From: Candidatus Binatia bacterium
GTDB lineage: Bacteria; Desulfobacterota; Binatia; UBA9968; JAJDTQ01
Length of the DNA stretch: 64,000 bases
NCBI GenBank assembly: GCA_963666515.2
Contig: OY762897.2
Coordinates: forward strand, 4,032,001-4,096,000
Direction: 5' to 3'
The translations under genes were made by a program, and so were the position numbers. The notes under the pieces are model-generated. The model worked only from the letters and a program-made list of their open reading frames with translations. It was not told the origin of the DNA and searched no databases. This document shows positions 39,104 to 48,719 of this stretch, piece after piece (the first letter of the stretch is position 1; each line of letters begins with the position of its first letter).

Positions 39104-39320
39104 ACCCGAGCCATTCCGGGAGGTTGTCTTCGCACCAGCGCCGGTACTCTTCCATGGTGTCGAAAGACCGGTACTTGGCGTCATCGAGAACGGGTTTGTA
39201 GGTATGAATGAATGCGTACCGCCAACGCACGGCGAGCGGTCGCCGCGCCGCGGCTTCGAACTCCGCCAGCCAATCCGATTCGATGGTCGGGGTTTCAGTC
39301 GTCCTGTCCGAAGCCGTCAT
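39075..39320 (-). CDS. Small hypothetical protein
   Basis: 81 aa, ...AFIHTYKPVLDDAKYRSFDTMEEYRRWCEDNLPEWLGY. Protein-like composition. Confidence 0.7.
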   Translation of the reverse strand: MTASDRTTETPTIESDWLAEFEAAARRPLAVRWRYAFIHTYKPVLDDAKYRSFDTMEEYRRWCEDNLPEWLGYGRVHLPPG

Positions 39321-39458
39321 CCGTAGCACAATATGGCAGACGGCAGGGCATTGCGCCACCACTCTCCCGATTATCGGGGCGGCGTTTTCGTTGATTTTCC
39401 GCCGGTTTGTTGCAATGGTTTGCGCCATGCGATGTGGTCGATACGACCGGAGGGGCTC

Positions 39459-40418
39459 ATGGCGGAGCTAGCAGGATGCATGGCCATGTCGCACGGGCCG
39501 CAGTTGATGATGGCGCCTCACCGCTGGCATCTGCTGGCGGCCAAGGACCGGCGGGAGCACGGCGCGACGGCGTCGGGGCCGGACGCGGAGGGCGACTCCG
39601 ACGAGGTCCGGTGGGCCAAGTGGCGGCGCTGCATGGAGGCCATCGACACCTTGCGGGCCACGCTCCACGAGTGGGCGCCTGACGCGCTGGTCCTGGTGGG
39701 GGACGATCAGCACGAGAATCTGCTCGACGACGCCATGCCGCCCTTCACCGTGTACGTGGGCGCGGAGGCCGAGGCCAGCGTGAGCCTGCGCTACCTGAAC
39801 GAGTCGCCGTCCACCAACCGGTCCCGGTACGACGTGCCCCAGCGGCTGGGGGAGACCCTGGTGGAAGGGCTCATGGAAGAGGGGTTCGACGTGGCCTGGT
39901 CCCGGAATCTCAGGCATCCGGGCGGCCTCGGACACGCCTTCGCGCGACCGCTCAAGTTCCTGGCGTCGGACGGCCACATCCCGATCCTGCCGGTGATGGT
40001 GAACACCTACTATCCGCCGGCGCCGTCGGCCCGGCGTTGCGTCGAGTTCGGCAGGGCGCTGCGCGGGGTGTTGGCCGCCAACGACGAGGCGGCCAGGGTG
40101 GCGGTGCTGGCCTCCGGCGGCCTCAGCCATACGAGGATCGACGAGAAGTTGGACCGCAAGGTGATCGCTGCGTTGGAGGCCGCCGACATGGACACCCTCG
40201 GAGACATACCCGCCGACGTGCTGGTGCGGGGCACATCGGAGATCCGCTGCTGGATGGTGGTTGCGGCGCTGGCGGGAGCGCCTGCGAGAATGATCGACTA
40301 CCAGCCGCTCTACAGGTCGGCAGGCAACGTGGGTTGCGCCATGGGCTTTGCGGTGTGGGATGTGCCGTCGGTCACGAGATGCGGGACCGTGTGGGAGGAC
40401 GAAGAGGCGACCACCTGA
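39459..40418 (+). CDS. LigB-like (class III) extradiol ring-cleavage dioxygenase
   Basis: MSHGP, GDDQHEN, GHAF, VNTYYPP, ASGGLSH and GTSEIRCW. GGAGG RBS before ATG 39459. Confidence 0.85.
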   Translation: MAELAGCMAMSHGPQLMMAPHRWHLLAAKDRREHGATASGPDAEGDSDEVRWAKWRRCMEAIDTLRATLHEWAPDALVLVGDDQHENLLDDAMPPFTVYVGAEAEASVSLRYLNESPSTNRSRYDVPQRLGETLVEGLMEEGFDVAWSRNLRHPGGLGHAFARPLKFLASDGHIPILPVMVNTYYPPAPSARRCVEFGRALRGVLAANDEAARVAVLASGGLSHTRIDEKLDRKVIAALEAADMDTLGDIPADVLVRGTSEIRCWMVVAALAGAPARMIDYQPLYRSAGNVGCAMGFAVWDVPSVTRCGTVWEDEEATT

Positions 40419-40465
40419 TCGAGGATCGGCAATGGATCGAAACCCGCCGAAGGAGTGAACGCGCC

Positions 40466-41740
40466 ATGATGACCGCGGAGGAAAACAGGCTGTTGACGTC
40501 CACCGCGCCGGGTACGGGCTGCGGCACCCTGCTGCGGCGTTACTGGCAGCCCGTGGCCCTGTCCGAGGAGCTGAAGCCCGGCGGCGCGCCCTTGCCGGTG
40601 CGCTTCTTCGGCGAGGACTTGGTGCTCTTTCGCGACGACCAGGGTCGGCCCGGTCTCCTGGGCATCCATTGCTGCCACCGGGGCGCAGACCTGAGCTACG
40701 GCCGGGTGGAGGACGGCGGGCTCCGGTGCATCTACCACGGCTGGCTCTACGACGTGGACGGCAACTGCCTCGATCAGCCGGGCGAGCCGGAAGGGGGGAA
40801 GCACCGGGACGCCGTCCGCCAGCCCGCCTATCCCTGCCAGGAACGCGTGGGGGTCATCTTCGCGTATTTCGGCGGCGGCGAGCCGCCGCTGCTGCGCAAC
40901 TTCGAGTTCCTGGCCGCTGCCCCGGAGCACGTTTTCGTAAGCAAGATCTACCACGAATGCAATTTCCTGCAGGCCAACGAGGGCAACATCGACCCGGTGC
41001 ACCTGTCATTCCTGCACCGGAACCTCCAGGAGAGCGAGCGCGACAGGCAGCGCGTGGTGCGCGGCGGCAACTCCTCGCCCAACAGCCTCTTCGGCCGGGA
41101 CAACGCCCCCACCATCGACGTCGAGCTTCAGGAGTTCGGGGTACGGATTTACACGACCCGGCGGCTCCCGGACGATAAGACGTATCTGCGGGTGTCCTAC
41201 TTCGTCATGCCCAACTTCAGCGCGTTCCCGGGCCAGACCGGCGGCGACGGCTACTCGATCAACTGGCACGTGCCCATCGACGACACCCACCACTGGAAGT
41301 TCGTGTTCGTGTACAGCCGCAGCAAGCCCATCAGCCGGGAGGTGGCGTTGCGGGACCGCTCGGAAATGACGGAGGATTACCGGCTGATCCGCAGCAAGGC
41401 CAACCGCTACCAGCAGGACCGGGACATGATGCGGGACAAGTCCTTCAGCGGCATCGGCTTCAACTTCCAGGCCCAGGACCTCTGCGTCACCGAAGGCGAA
41501 GGGCCGGTGCAGGACCGCACCCAGGAGCACCCTGTGACCTCCGACAAGGCCATCGTGGCCGCGCGCAAGCTCATCCTGAGCGGCATCCGCGACGTCCAGG
41601 ACGGCGGCGAGGCCCCCAGCGTCCGGCGCGACGCTGAGTCCAACCGCTTTCCGGAGATGGCGGTGTTGTCCGAGGTGGTGCCCGCAGACGTGCCCATCAA
41701 GGAGCACACGCGGCAGCGGGTGGAGGAGATCGCTTACTAG
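40466..41740 (+). CDS. Rieske non-heme iron oxygenase, phthalate 4,5-dioxygenase-like
   Basis: RRYWQP, Rieske motif CCHRG...CIYHGW, mononuclear site EGNIDPVHLSFLH, and VPIDD. Confidence 0.9.
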   Translation: MMTAEENRLLTSTAPGTGCGTLLRRYWQPVALSEELKPGGAPLPVRFFGEDLVLFRDDQGRPGLLGIHCCHRGADLSYGRVEDGGLRCIYHGWLYDVDGNCLDQPGEPEGGKHRDAVRQPAYPCQERVGVIFAYFGGGEPPLLRNFEFLAAAPEHVFVSKIYHECNFLQANEGNIDPVHLSFLHRNLQESERDRQRVVRGGNSSPNSLFGRDNAPTIDVELQEFGVRIYTTRRLPDDKTYLRVSYFVMPNFSAFPGQTGGDGYSINWHVPIDDTHHWKFVFVYSRSKPISREVALRDRSEMTEDYRLIRSKANRYQQDRDMMRDKSFSGIGFNFQAQDLCVTEGEGPVQDRTQEHPVTSDKAIVAARKLILSGIRDVQDGGEAPSVRRDAESNRFPEMAVLSEVVPADVPIKEHTRQRVEEIAY

Positions 41741-42993
41741 CCTCTTCCGGCCTTCCGGGCCGCGGCCGTCAGCAGCGCGTCCAACTCATCCACATAGGGG
41801 CTGTTGGTGCCGGTGTTCATGTAGTGCACGGCGCCGGGCTGGTAGTCGGCCATGCTGCCACGGTCTTCCATGGACAGGCGGATGCACTGGTTCTCCGCCG
41901 GGTCGCGGAACGTGTTGATGGGGTCGCCGCCGTCCTGGACCACCTGGATCTGCTCGTTGAGTAGATGGCGGAACATGACGATGCCGCGGTCGGACTCGGT
42001 CAGCCGCTCGGCGGTTCGGTCGAGGCACTCGCCTTGGGAAGCCCACACCATCAGGTCCTGGCCGGCCACGAAGTCGGGCAGGTCCTTGATCGGGACCTCG
42101 AAGGTGGGCACCGGGTCCTGCCTGGGGGCCTCGGCCTCCGGTCCCGGGAAATAGACTTGGTAGCCCAGGTGCCAGGTGTGGGTGTCGTCCACCGGGACGC
42201 GCATCTGGAACTCGGCGTAGCCGAGCTGGCCGATGCGGACGTAGTTGGGGAACACCAGCGGGTGGCCGACGCGCCATCCCTCCGCGTCCTCGGTTTCGCC
42301 TTCCAGCAGCCGGTACTTCTGGATGCCCACCGGCACCCGCTCGAAACGGATCTTCACGTGGTGGCGGCCGACCCGGTTGAAGCGGGCGATCTGGCGCTCG
42401 TCCGTGCTGCCGAGGCGTTCCAGCACATACTGGCCGAAACGGCCGTGCAGGTGTTCGGTGTGGATGGTGTCCACCGCGTTCTCCTGGCACTGGAGCCAGT
42501 TGCATGGAAGCATGGTGGCGCCGATCTGCCGGAAGACGTTGTCGATGACGAAGAGGTCCCAGCGGGGCAGCAGCGGAGCGGGGGCGGGGCCGAGGTAGCC
42601 CCAGACCAAGCCGCCCAACTCCTGCACCGGATAGGACTTGAGCCGCACCGTTTCCTTGAACTGGTGCTCAGGCGACTCGCCGGGCTGCTCGATGCACTGT
42701 CCGGCGGTGTCGTACATCCAGCCGTGGTAGGGGCAGCGCAGTCCTTCCTGCTCCGGGATGCCGTGCCGGAGGTCCACACCCCTGTGGGCGCAGCGTTGCG
42801 AGACCAAGCCGAGGCGTCCCTGGCGGTCACGGAACAGGGTCAGCGATTCCCCGAGGATGCGCGTGCCCTTGACCGGGTTCTTCGCCAGCTCCTCGCTGGT
42901 GCCCACCGGGTGCCAGTAGCGACGCAGCAACTCACCGGTGGGGGTTCCCGGACCCACCCGTGTCAGTCGTTCATTCTCTTCGGCGCTCAACAT
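41737..42993 (-). CDS. Second Rieske non-heme iron oxygenase, phthalate dioxygenase-like
   Basis: RVGPGTPTGELLRRYWHP, CAHRG...CPYHGW, ENAVDTIHTEHLH and VPVDD. Confidence 0.9.
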   Translation of the reverse strand: MLSAEENERLTRVGPGTPTGELLRRYWHPVGTSEELAKNPVKGTRILGESLTLFRDRQGRLGLVSQRCAHRGVDLRHGIPEQEGLRCPYHGWMYDTAGQCIEQPGESPEHQFKETVRLKSYPVQELGGLVWGYLGPAPAPLLPRWDLFVIDNVFRQIGATMLPCNWLQCQENAVDTIHTEHLHGRFGQYVLERLGSTDERQIARFNRVGRHHVKIRFERVPVGIQKYRLLEGETEDAEGWRVGHPLVFPNYVRIGQLGYAEFQMRVPVDDTHTWHLGYQVYFPGPEAEAPRQDPVPTFEVPIKDLPDFVAGQDLMVWASQGECLDRTAERLTESDRGIVMFRHLLNEQIQVVQDGGDPINTFRDPAENQCIRLSMEDRGSMADYQPGAVHYMNTGTNSPYVDELDALLTAAARKAGRG

Positions 42994-43082
42994 GGTCGTC
43001 TCATGGAAACGGGCCGTTCCGTGTCAACGTCTCGACCCGGCGGGTCGTCCCTACGCTACAATTCGATGACACGAACAGGCTC

Positions 43083-44096
43083 CTATAGGTCCAGTGTGCT
43101 GGGTGCGAACAGATCCTTCAGCTTGGCCTTTTCCTTGGTCAGCCCCTGCTCATACGAATAGTCGATGATGGTCTCGATCATCTCACGGTTGTCGCGGATC
43201 CCGTACGGATAGGGGTCGTCACCGAATATCGCACGGGTCTTGGCCAGATACTCCTGCCCGAATACCAGCGCGGTGGGGATACTCGCAGCCAGCCGGTCCT
43301 GAGCCACCTCCTTGGCCGCAACGAACGCCTTGTACAGGTTGAACGCCAGCCAAGGGTGCTTCCGGTGAATGTCGCCCCGGATGATGTAGGCATGGTTGGC
43401 CGGGATGTAGCGGTGCTGCTCGAAGAACCGCTTGCCCTCGGCGATCCGGTCGGGAAACAGCGGCCTGATCTTGCTCCAGTCCCCTTCACGGGCGCGGATT
43501 CGGGTGGAGCGGTCGATGATGTTGCTGCCCTTCTGAAAGGCGCGGTGCACTGCGGCCACGTCGATCTCATTGGCCACCAGCATGGAGGCCAGACTCTTGT
43601 CCGGCGGCACCCGCTGGAAGGAGATGCCCTCGGGCGGCGTGAAGCCGGTGGCGCCGCCGTGGCTCAACTCGTCGGTCCGCTCCATGAACCAGTGGACATT
43701 GTACTGGGACACGCCGAAGTCGTGCTCCAGGATGCCGCGGGTCCACAAGGCCGCGGTCTGCTGATACTCGCCCACGCCGATGCGCTTGCCCGTGATATCC
43801 TCTGGCCGGCCGATGCCCGAGTCCACGTGGTACGAGAGCTGCGTGTGCATGAACCGCCGGGAGGGAAACACCGGGATGGCCATCATGTCCATGCCACGCG
43901 AGCGGGCGATGAGGTAGGACGACAGCGACATCTCCGAGATATCGAACTCCTCGAAGTTGAGTTGCCGCCAGAACGTCTCCGAAGGGTCCGAGAGAGTCGG
44001 GATCAGCTCCACGCCCTCGGGCTGGACGACCCCTTCGACGAGCGGGCTCACCCGCTCGTTGTCGCCGGTTACGAAGCTCAGGGTCATTCGCGCCAT
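43083..44096 (-). CDS. 4,5-dihydroxyphthalate decarboxylase-like (OphC/Pht5 family, binding-protein fold)
   Basis: EFDISEMSLSSY, IPVFPSRRF, GVGEYQQTAALWTRGIL and DPYPYGI. No signal peptide. Confidence 0.8.
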   Translation of the reverse strand: MARMTLSFVTGDNERVSPLVEGVVQPEGVELIPTLSDPSETFWRQLNFEEFDISEMSLSSYLIARSRGMDMMAIPVFPSRRFMHTQLSYHVDSGIGRPEDITGKRIGVGEYQQTAALWTRGILEHDFGVSQYNVHWFMERTDELSHGGATGFTPPEGISFQRVPPDKSLASMLVANEIDVAAVHRAFQKGSNIIDRSTRIRAREGDWSKIRPLFPDRIAEGKRFFEQHRYIPANHAYIIRGDIHRKHPWLAFNLYKAFVAAKEVAQDRLAASIPTALVFGQEYLAKTRAIFGDDPYPYGIRDNREMIETIIDYSYEQGLTKEKAKLKDLFAPSTLDL

Positions 44097-44301
44097 GGGT
44101 CGGCAGCTTTCATGAGGTCACCGCACCGGCCGGTGTTGGCGAAAGGATGCGGTCGTGTATGCCGTCGAGGTTGCTTCCATGCTACGTTGGGCAAAGATAC
44201 AATGACGATGCCGTGAGGGGCAAGGAAGGTTGTGTCGCGCAGTGGGCCATGGTGGATGCGCCGAACGGGAACATTGCCCGGACGGATTCGCAGGAGGAGA
44301 A

Positions 44302-44715
44302 ATGGGCGAGATCGTCGTGAAAGTTGAACTGGAAAATGCCGTGGATCGGGGCAGCTTTGAGCAGGGTCTGCGCGACGAGGCCAGCATCCGCAACACCCAC
44401 GTCGACGCCATTATCGATACCGGCGCAGCCATGTCCGTGTTGCCGCAGAACGTCGTCGAGCGGCTAGGGCTGAGAATCCGGCGGACGGCTGTCGTCACTT
44501 ATGCCGATGAAAGGAAGGAGGAGCGGCCCATCGCCGGGCCTGTTACCATCACCGTCTGCGACCGGTTCATGAGCACGGACTGCATCGTCGGGCCGCCCAT
44601 GAGCCAGCCGCTGGTGGGCCAGATTGTCCTCCAGGCCCTGGACCTGATTGCTGACTGCGCCAACCATACGGTAGCGCCACGCTGGCCGGACTACCCGGTG
44701 CTGAACCTGAGATGA
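44302..44715 (+). CDS. Clan AA (retropepsin-like) aspartic protease
   Basis: AIIDTGA motif and LVGQIVLQALDL. AGGAGG RBS. Confidence 0.85.
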   Translation: MGEIVVKVELENAVDRGSFEQGLRDEASIRNTHVDAIIDTGAAMSVLPQNVVERLGLRIRRTAVVTYADERKEERPIAGPVTITVCDRFMSTDCIVGPPMSQPLVGQIVLQALDLIADCANHTVAPRWPDYPVLNLR

Positions 44716-44800
44716 GGAGGGCTGGCGCCGTGCGTGCGACGGGTCATCCCGGCAAGCGCCGGATCGGCCATAGTCGAAGTGGAGACGGCACGATAAGTAC

Positions 44801-45841
44801 ATGAGGCCCCACCGCGAAAGGATCGACCTCGGCCCCACTCCCTACGACCGGTTCGTGAAGGGGGAAGGGATTCCCGTGCTCACGGGCTACCATATCCGCG
44901 ACATCATGGAGGTGGAGTTGGAGCCCTGGGCGCGCATGGGCGCGCGCGGGTGCTACCTCAACATGGCCGACCAGCAGGACACCGACGCGTACGTGTGCGA
45001 GATCGCGCCGGGGGAGCAGACGCTGGCGCAGCGGCACCTGTTCGAGGCCATCGTCTACGTGGCCCACGGCCAGGGCGCGACGTCGGTGTGGCAGGAAGGG
45101 GTGCCGAGCAAGACCTTCGAGTGGAGCGCCGGGGCCGCCTTCGCCATCCCGCTGAACGCTTCCTACCGGCACTTCAACGTGTCCGGCACGGAGCCGGTGC
45201 GGCTGATGGCCTCCACCACTTGTCCGCGCCTGCTCAACATGTTCCACAACGAGGAGTTCCTGTTCCGCAACCCGTTCGTGTTCCGGGACCGCTTCCGCGA
45301 CGAAGACGACTACTTCCGCGCCAACAAGCGGCTGGCCACCCGTTGCTGGGAGACCAACCTGATCCCGGACGTCAACGAGTTCGCGCTGGACGACTTTCCG
45401 ATGAAGGGGAAGGGCGTGCGCATCATGCGCTTCACGCTGGCGGACACCACCTACGGCTGCCACATCCAGGAGTTCCCGGTAGGGAGCCGCAGCCATTTCC
45501 ACCGGCACGGCCCCGGCGCCATCCTCATCGTCACCGAGGGCGAGGGCTACGTCATGCTGTGGCGCGAGGGCGACGAGGAGCAGGGGGTCTACGAGATCCG
45601 CCCCGGCACCATCTACTCGCCCGGCGACCTCATGTACCACGGGCATTTCAACACCGGCCACACCACCATGCGCCACTTCGCCATCCGCGGGCGGAGCCCC
45701 AAGTACACCAGCGACCGCTTCCCCAACCCGCTGTGGAACATGCTCATGATCGACGAGGAGCCCGCCGGCATCCACGACCGCTACCTGCGGGACCTGGAGT
45801 GCAACGGCGTCAACGCGGAGGTCTCGGTGGTGCGCGAATGA
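44801..45841 (+). CDS. Bicupin protein
   Basis: Two cupin-like motif sets: QRHLFE...YRHFN and HFHRHGPGA...YHGHFN. Confidence 0.8.
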   Translation: MRPHRERIDLGPTPYDRFVKGEGIPVLTGYHIRDIMEVELEPWARMGARGCYLNMADQQDTDAYVCEIAPGEQTLAQRHLFEAIVYVAHGQGATSVWQEGVPSKTFEWSAGAAFAIPLNASYRHFNVSGTEPVRLMASTTCPRLLNMFHNEEFLFRNPFVFRDRFRDEDDYFRANKRLATRCWETNLIPDVNEFALDDFPMKGKGVRIMRFTLADTTYGCHIQEFPVGSRSHFHRHGPGAILIVTEGEGYVMLWREGDEEQGVYEIRPGTIYSPGDLMYHGHFNTGHTTMRHFAIRGRSPKYTSDRFPNPLWNMLMIDEEPAGIHDRYLRDLECNGVNAEVSVVRE

Positions 45842-45962
45842 TCACGACGGATCAGGCGGCGCGAGGCCCGGCAGGGGCGACCCGCGGTCGCCCTCTGTGA
45901 CCGGCCTCTACGCGAGGACGAACGGCTCAACCGATGCAAACGAAACCGGAAGCGAGGATCTG

Positions 45963-47426
45963 ATGATGGGACACTATCCGGTCTACGACGACCTGAGGGG
46001 CTTCATCGAGGAAGCCAAGAAAGTCAGCGAGTGGCGCGAAGTGAACGGCGCCGACTGGGACCGCGAGATCGGCGCCATCGTCGAGGCGTCGGCCGAGCTG
46101 ATCCCCCAGGCGCCGATGCTGATCTTCGACAACATCAAGGACTATCCCCAGGGCTACCGGCTGCTGAGCCTGCCCTATGCCTCCTACAAGCGCGTGGCCG
46201 TGGCGCTGGGGCTGCCCACCGACCTGCCCAAGCTGGAGCTGCTGCGGCTGGCGGCGCGCAAGGTGAAGTCGGCCCAGCCGCTGGCGCCCAAGGAAGTGGA
46301 TTCCTCGCCGGTGATGGAGAACGTCTTCACCGGCGCCGACGTGGACCTGTTCAAGTTCCCGGCGCCGCGCTTCCACGAGCACGACGGCGGGCGCTACCTG
46401 GGCACCGCGGACAGCCTGGTGAACGCCGACCCCGACAGCGACTACATCAACTCCGGCACCTACCGCATGCAGCTCCACGATCGCAATCTCCTGGGGCTGT
46501 GGATGAGCCCGGGCCAGCAGGGGCGGCTCATCTGCATGCGCTACTGGGAGCAGGGCAAGAGCTGCCCGGCGGTGGCCACCTTCGGGCAGAACCCGCTGGT
46601 GTTCATGACCTCCTACTCGAAGCTGCCGTGGGGGCGTTCCGAGCACGAGATGGTGGGCGGGCTCATGGGCCGGCCCATGGAATACATCCGCGGTCCGGTG
46701 ACGGGCCTGCCGATCCCGGCCAGCGCCGAGATCGCCATCGAGGGCGAGATCCCGCCTCCGTCGGAGGAAGCCCGGGAGGAAGGGCCGTTCGGCGAGTGGC
46801 CGGGCTACTACTCCGGCGGCACCATCGGCACGGGCGTGGACCAGCCCGTCATCCGCGTCAAGGCGCTCTACCACCGCAACGATCCGATCCTGGAGGACGC
46901 CGCGCCCATGTGGCCCGGCGCCATCAAGATGGACCTGCACCTGTCGTCGGGAGTGCTCTGGGACCAGCTCGAGGCCGCGGGCATCCAGGACATCACCGGG
47001 GTCTACAGCCACACGTCCTTCATGGTGGTGGTGGCCATCAAGCAGCGCTACGCCGGGCACGCCAAGCAGGCGGGCATGGCCGCGCTGAGCGCCTCGGCGG
47101 CCGCGCGCAACGGCCGCTACGTGGTGGTGGTGGACGACGACATCGACCCCAGCAACCTGAAGGAAGTCATCTGGGCGATGATGACCCGCGTCGACCCCAA
47201 GACCAACATCGATCTGGTCGACAGCGCCTGGAGCACTCCGCTGGACCCGCGCATGCCGCCGGACAAGCGCGAGTCGGGAGACCACACCAACAGCCGGGCG
47301 CTGATCTGCGCGGTGCGCCCCTTCGAGTGGCGCGACAAGTTCCCGCGGGTGAGCCGGTCGAGCCGCGAGCTGCGGGAGCAGGTCATCAAGAAGTTCGGGG
47401 ACATCATCCCGTTCCCCGGGATCTGA
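45963..47426 (+). CDS. UbiD family (prFMN-dependent) decarboxylase
   Basis: DLRGFI, HEHDGGRY, NSGTYR, EGPFGEWPGYY and VVVVDDDID. Start at ATG 45963 or 45966. Confidence 0.92.
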   Translation: MMGHYPVYDDLRGFIEEAKKVSEWREVNGADWDREIGAIVEASAELIPQAPMLIFDNIKDYPQGYRLLSLPYASYKRVAVALGLPTDLPKLELLRLAARKVKSAQPLAPKEVDSSPVMENVFTGADVDLFKFPAPRFHEHDGGRYLGTADSLVNADPDSDYINSGTYRMQLHDRNLLGLWMSPGQQGRLICMRYWEQGKSCPAVATFGQNPLVFMTSYSKLPWGRSEHEMVGGLMGRPMEYIRGPVTGLPIPASAEIAIEGEIPPPSEEAREEGPFGEWPGYYSGGTIGTGVDQPVIRVKALYHRNDPILEDAAPMWPGAIKMDLHLSSGVLWDQLEAAGIQDITGVYSHTSFMVVVAIKQRYAGHAKQAGMAALSASAAARNGRYVVVVDDDIDPSNLKEVIWAMMTRVDPKTNIDLVDSAWSTPLDPRMPPDKRESGDHTNSRALICAVRPFEWRDKFPRVSRSSRELREQVIKKFGDIIPFPGI

Positions 47427-47429
47427 GTC

Positions 47430-48614
47430 ATGTCGCGGGTTCTGCGCATGGGCATGGCCGGGCTGGGCGTGGCGAGCACCCAGATCCTGCCTGTGCTGCA
47501 GCAGGTGGAACACATCCAGATCGCTGCGGCCACCGACATCCGCAAGGACGCCCTGGCCAAGTTCGCCCAGGAGTACGGCGCGGCCACCTATGACAGCGTC
47601 GCCGCCCTGTGCGCCAGCCCCGACGTGGACTTCGTCTACATCGCCACGCCCAACGAGCTTCACGCCGAGCACGTGGTCACCGCGGCCCGCCACGGCAAGC
47701 ACGCCATCGTGGAGAAGCCCATGGCGCTCTCCATCGAGCAGTGCGAGGCCATGAACCGCGCCGCGGAGGAGAGCGGCACCGTCCTCCTGTGCGGCCACAC
47801 CCACAGCTTCGATCCGCCCATCCGGAAGATCCGCGAGATCGTCAGGAGCGGCGAGCTGGGGAAGCTCCGCATGCTCCATTCCTGGAACTTCAACGAGTTC
47901 ATGTACCGCCCGCGCATGAGCCACGAGCTGGCCACCAGCCACGGCGTGGTGCTGAACCAGGGCCCCCACCACGTGGACATCGTCCGGCTCATCGGCGGTG
48001 GGATGCTCAGGAGCGTCCGCGCCACCACCGGCATCTGGGACCCCGAGCGGCCCCACGAGGGCAGCTACATCTGCTATCTGGAGTTCGAGGACGGCGTCCC
48101 GGCGACGCTCGTGTATAACGGCTACGGCTTCTTCGACACCGCCGAGCTGTTCGACTGGGTGGGCGAGGGCGGTCAGCCAAGGGACCCGGAGCACAACCTC
48201 AAGGTGCGCTGGCGCCTCAGGAGCATCGGCAACGCCGCGGAGGAAGAGCAACTCAAGGAAGATATGCGCTACGGCAGCGCCCGGGAAGGGGAGTTCAGCC
48301 ACGTCTGGCACGGCCCCCGGCGCCAGCCGTTCTTCGGCCTCACCCTGGTGTCCTGCGAGCGCGGCGACATCCGCCAGTCCCCCGACGGGCTCATCGTCTA
48401 CGGCGAGGACGGGCGCCGGGAGATCGACTTCACCGTGGGCCGCCGGGGACGCGAGGCCGAGGTGGAAGAACTCTACGGGGCCGTGGTACAAGGGCGCCCG
48501 GTGTTCCACGACGGCCGCTGGGGCGAGGCCACCCTGGAGGTCTGCCTCGCCATGCTCCAGTCCTCGGCCGAGAAACGTGAGGTGTTGCTGAAGCGGCAGG
48601 TGCCGTGCGATTAA
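47430..48614 (+). CDS. Gfo/Idh/MocA oxidoreductase, phthalate cis-dihydrodiol dehydrogenase (OphB/Pht4)-like
   Basis: GLGVA, VEKPMAL, GHTHSFD, FMYRPR, NQGPHHVD, YNGYGFFD and HDGRWGEATLEVC. Confidence 0.85.
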   Translation: MSRVLRMGMAGLGVASTQILPVLQQVEHIQIAAATDIRKDALAKFAQEYGAATYDSVAALCASPDVDFVYIATPNELHAEHVVTAARHGKHAIVEKPMALSIEQCEAMNRAAEESGTVLLCGHTHSFDPPIRKIREIVRSGELGKLRMLHSWNFNEFMYRPRMSHELATSHGVVLNQGPHHVDIVRLIGGGMLRSVRATTGIWDPERPHEGSYICYLEFEDGVPATLVYNGYGFFDTAELFDWVGEGGQPRDPEHNLKVRWRLRSIGNAAEEEQLKEDMRYGSAREGEFSHVWHGPRRQPFFGLTLVSCERGDIRQSPDGLIVYGEDGRREIDFTVGRRGREAEVEELYGAVVQGRPVFHDGRWGEATLEVCLAMLQSSAEKREVLLKRQVPCD

Positions 48615-48636
48615 AAACGACGCCGATGCCCGTCCC

Positions 48637-48663
48637 CGTCATTCCGGCGAAGGCCGGAATCCA
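48637..48663 (+). repeat. CGTC-type REP-like palindrome
   Basis: CGTCATTCCGGCGAAGGCCGGAATCCA with stem ATTCCGGC/GCCGGAAT. Confidence 0.7.
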
Positions 48664-48719
48664 GGAGGGTGGACGGCGGAAAGGTTGAATCTCAGCAGAA
48701 CAAACTCAAGGAGGACACA

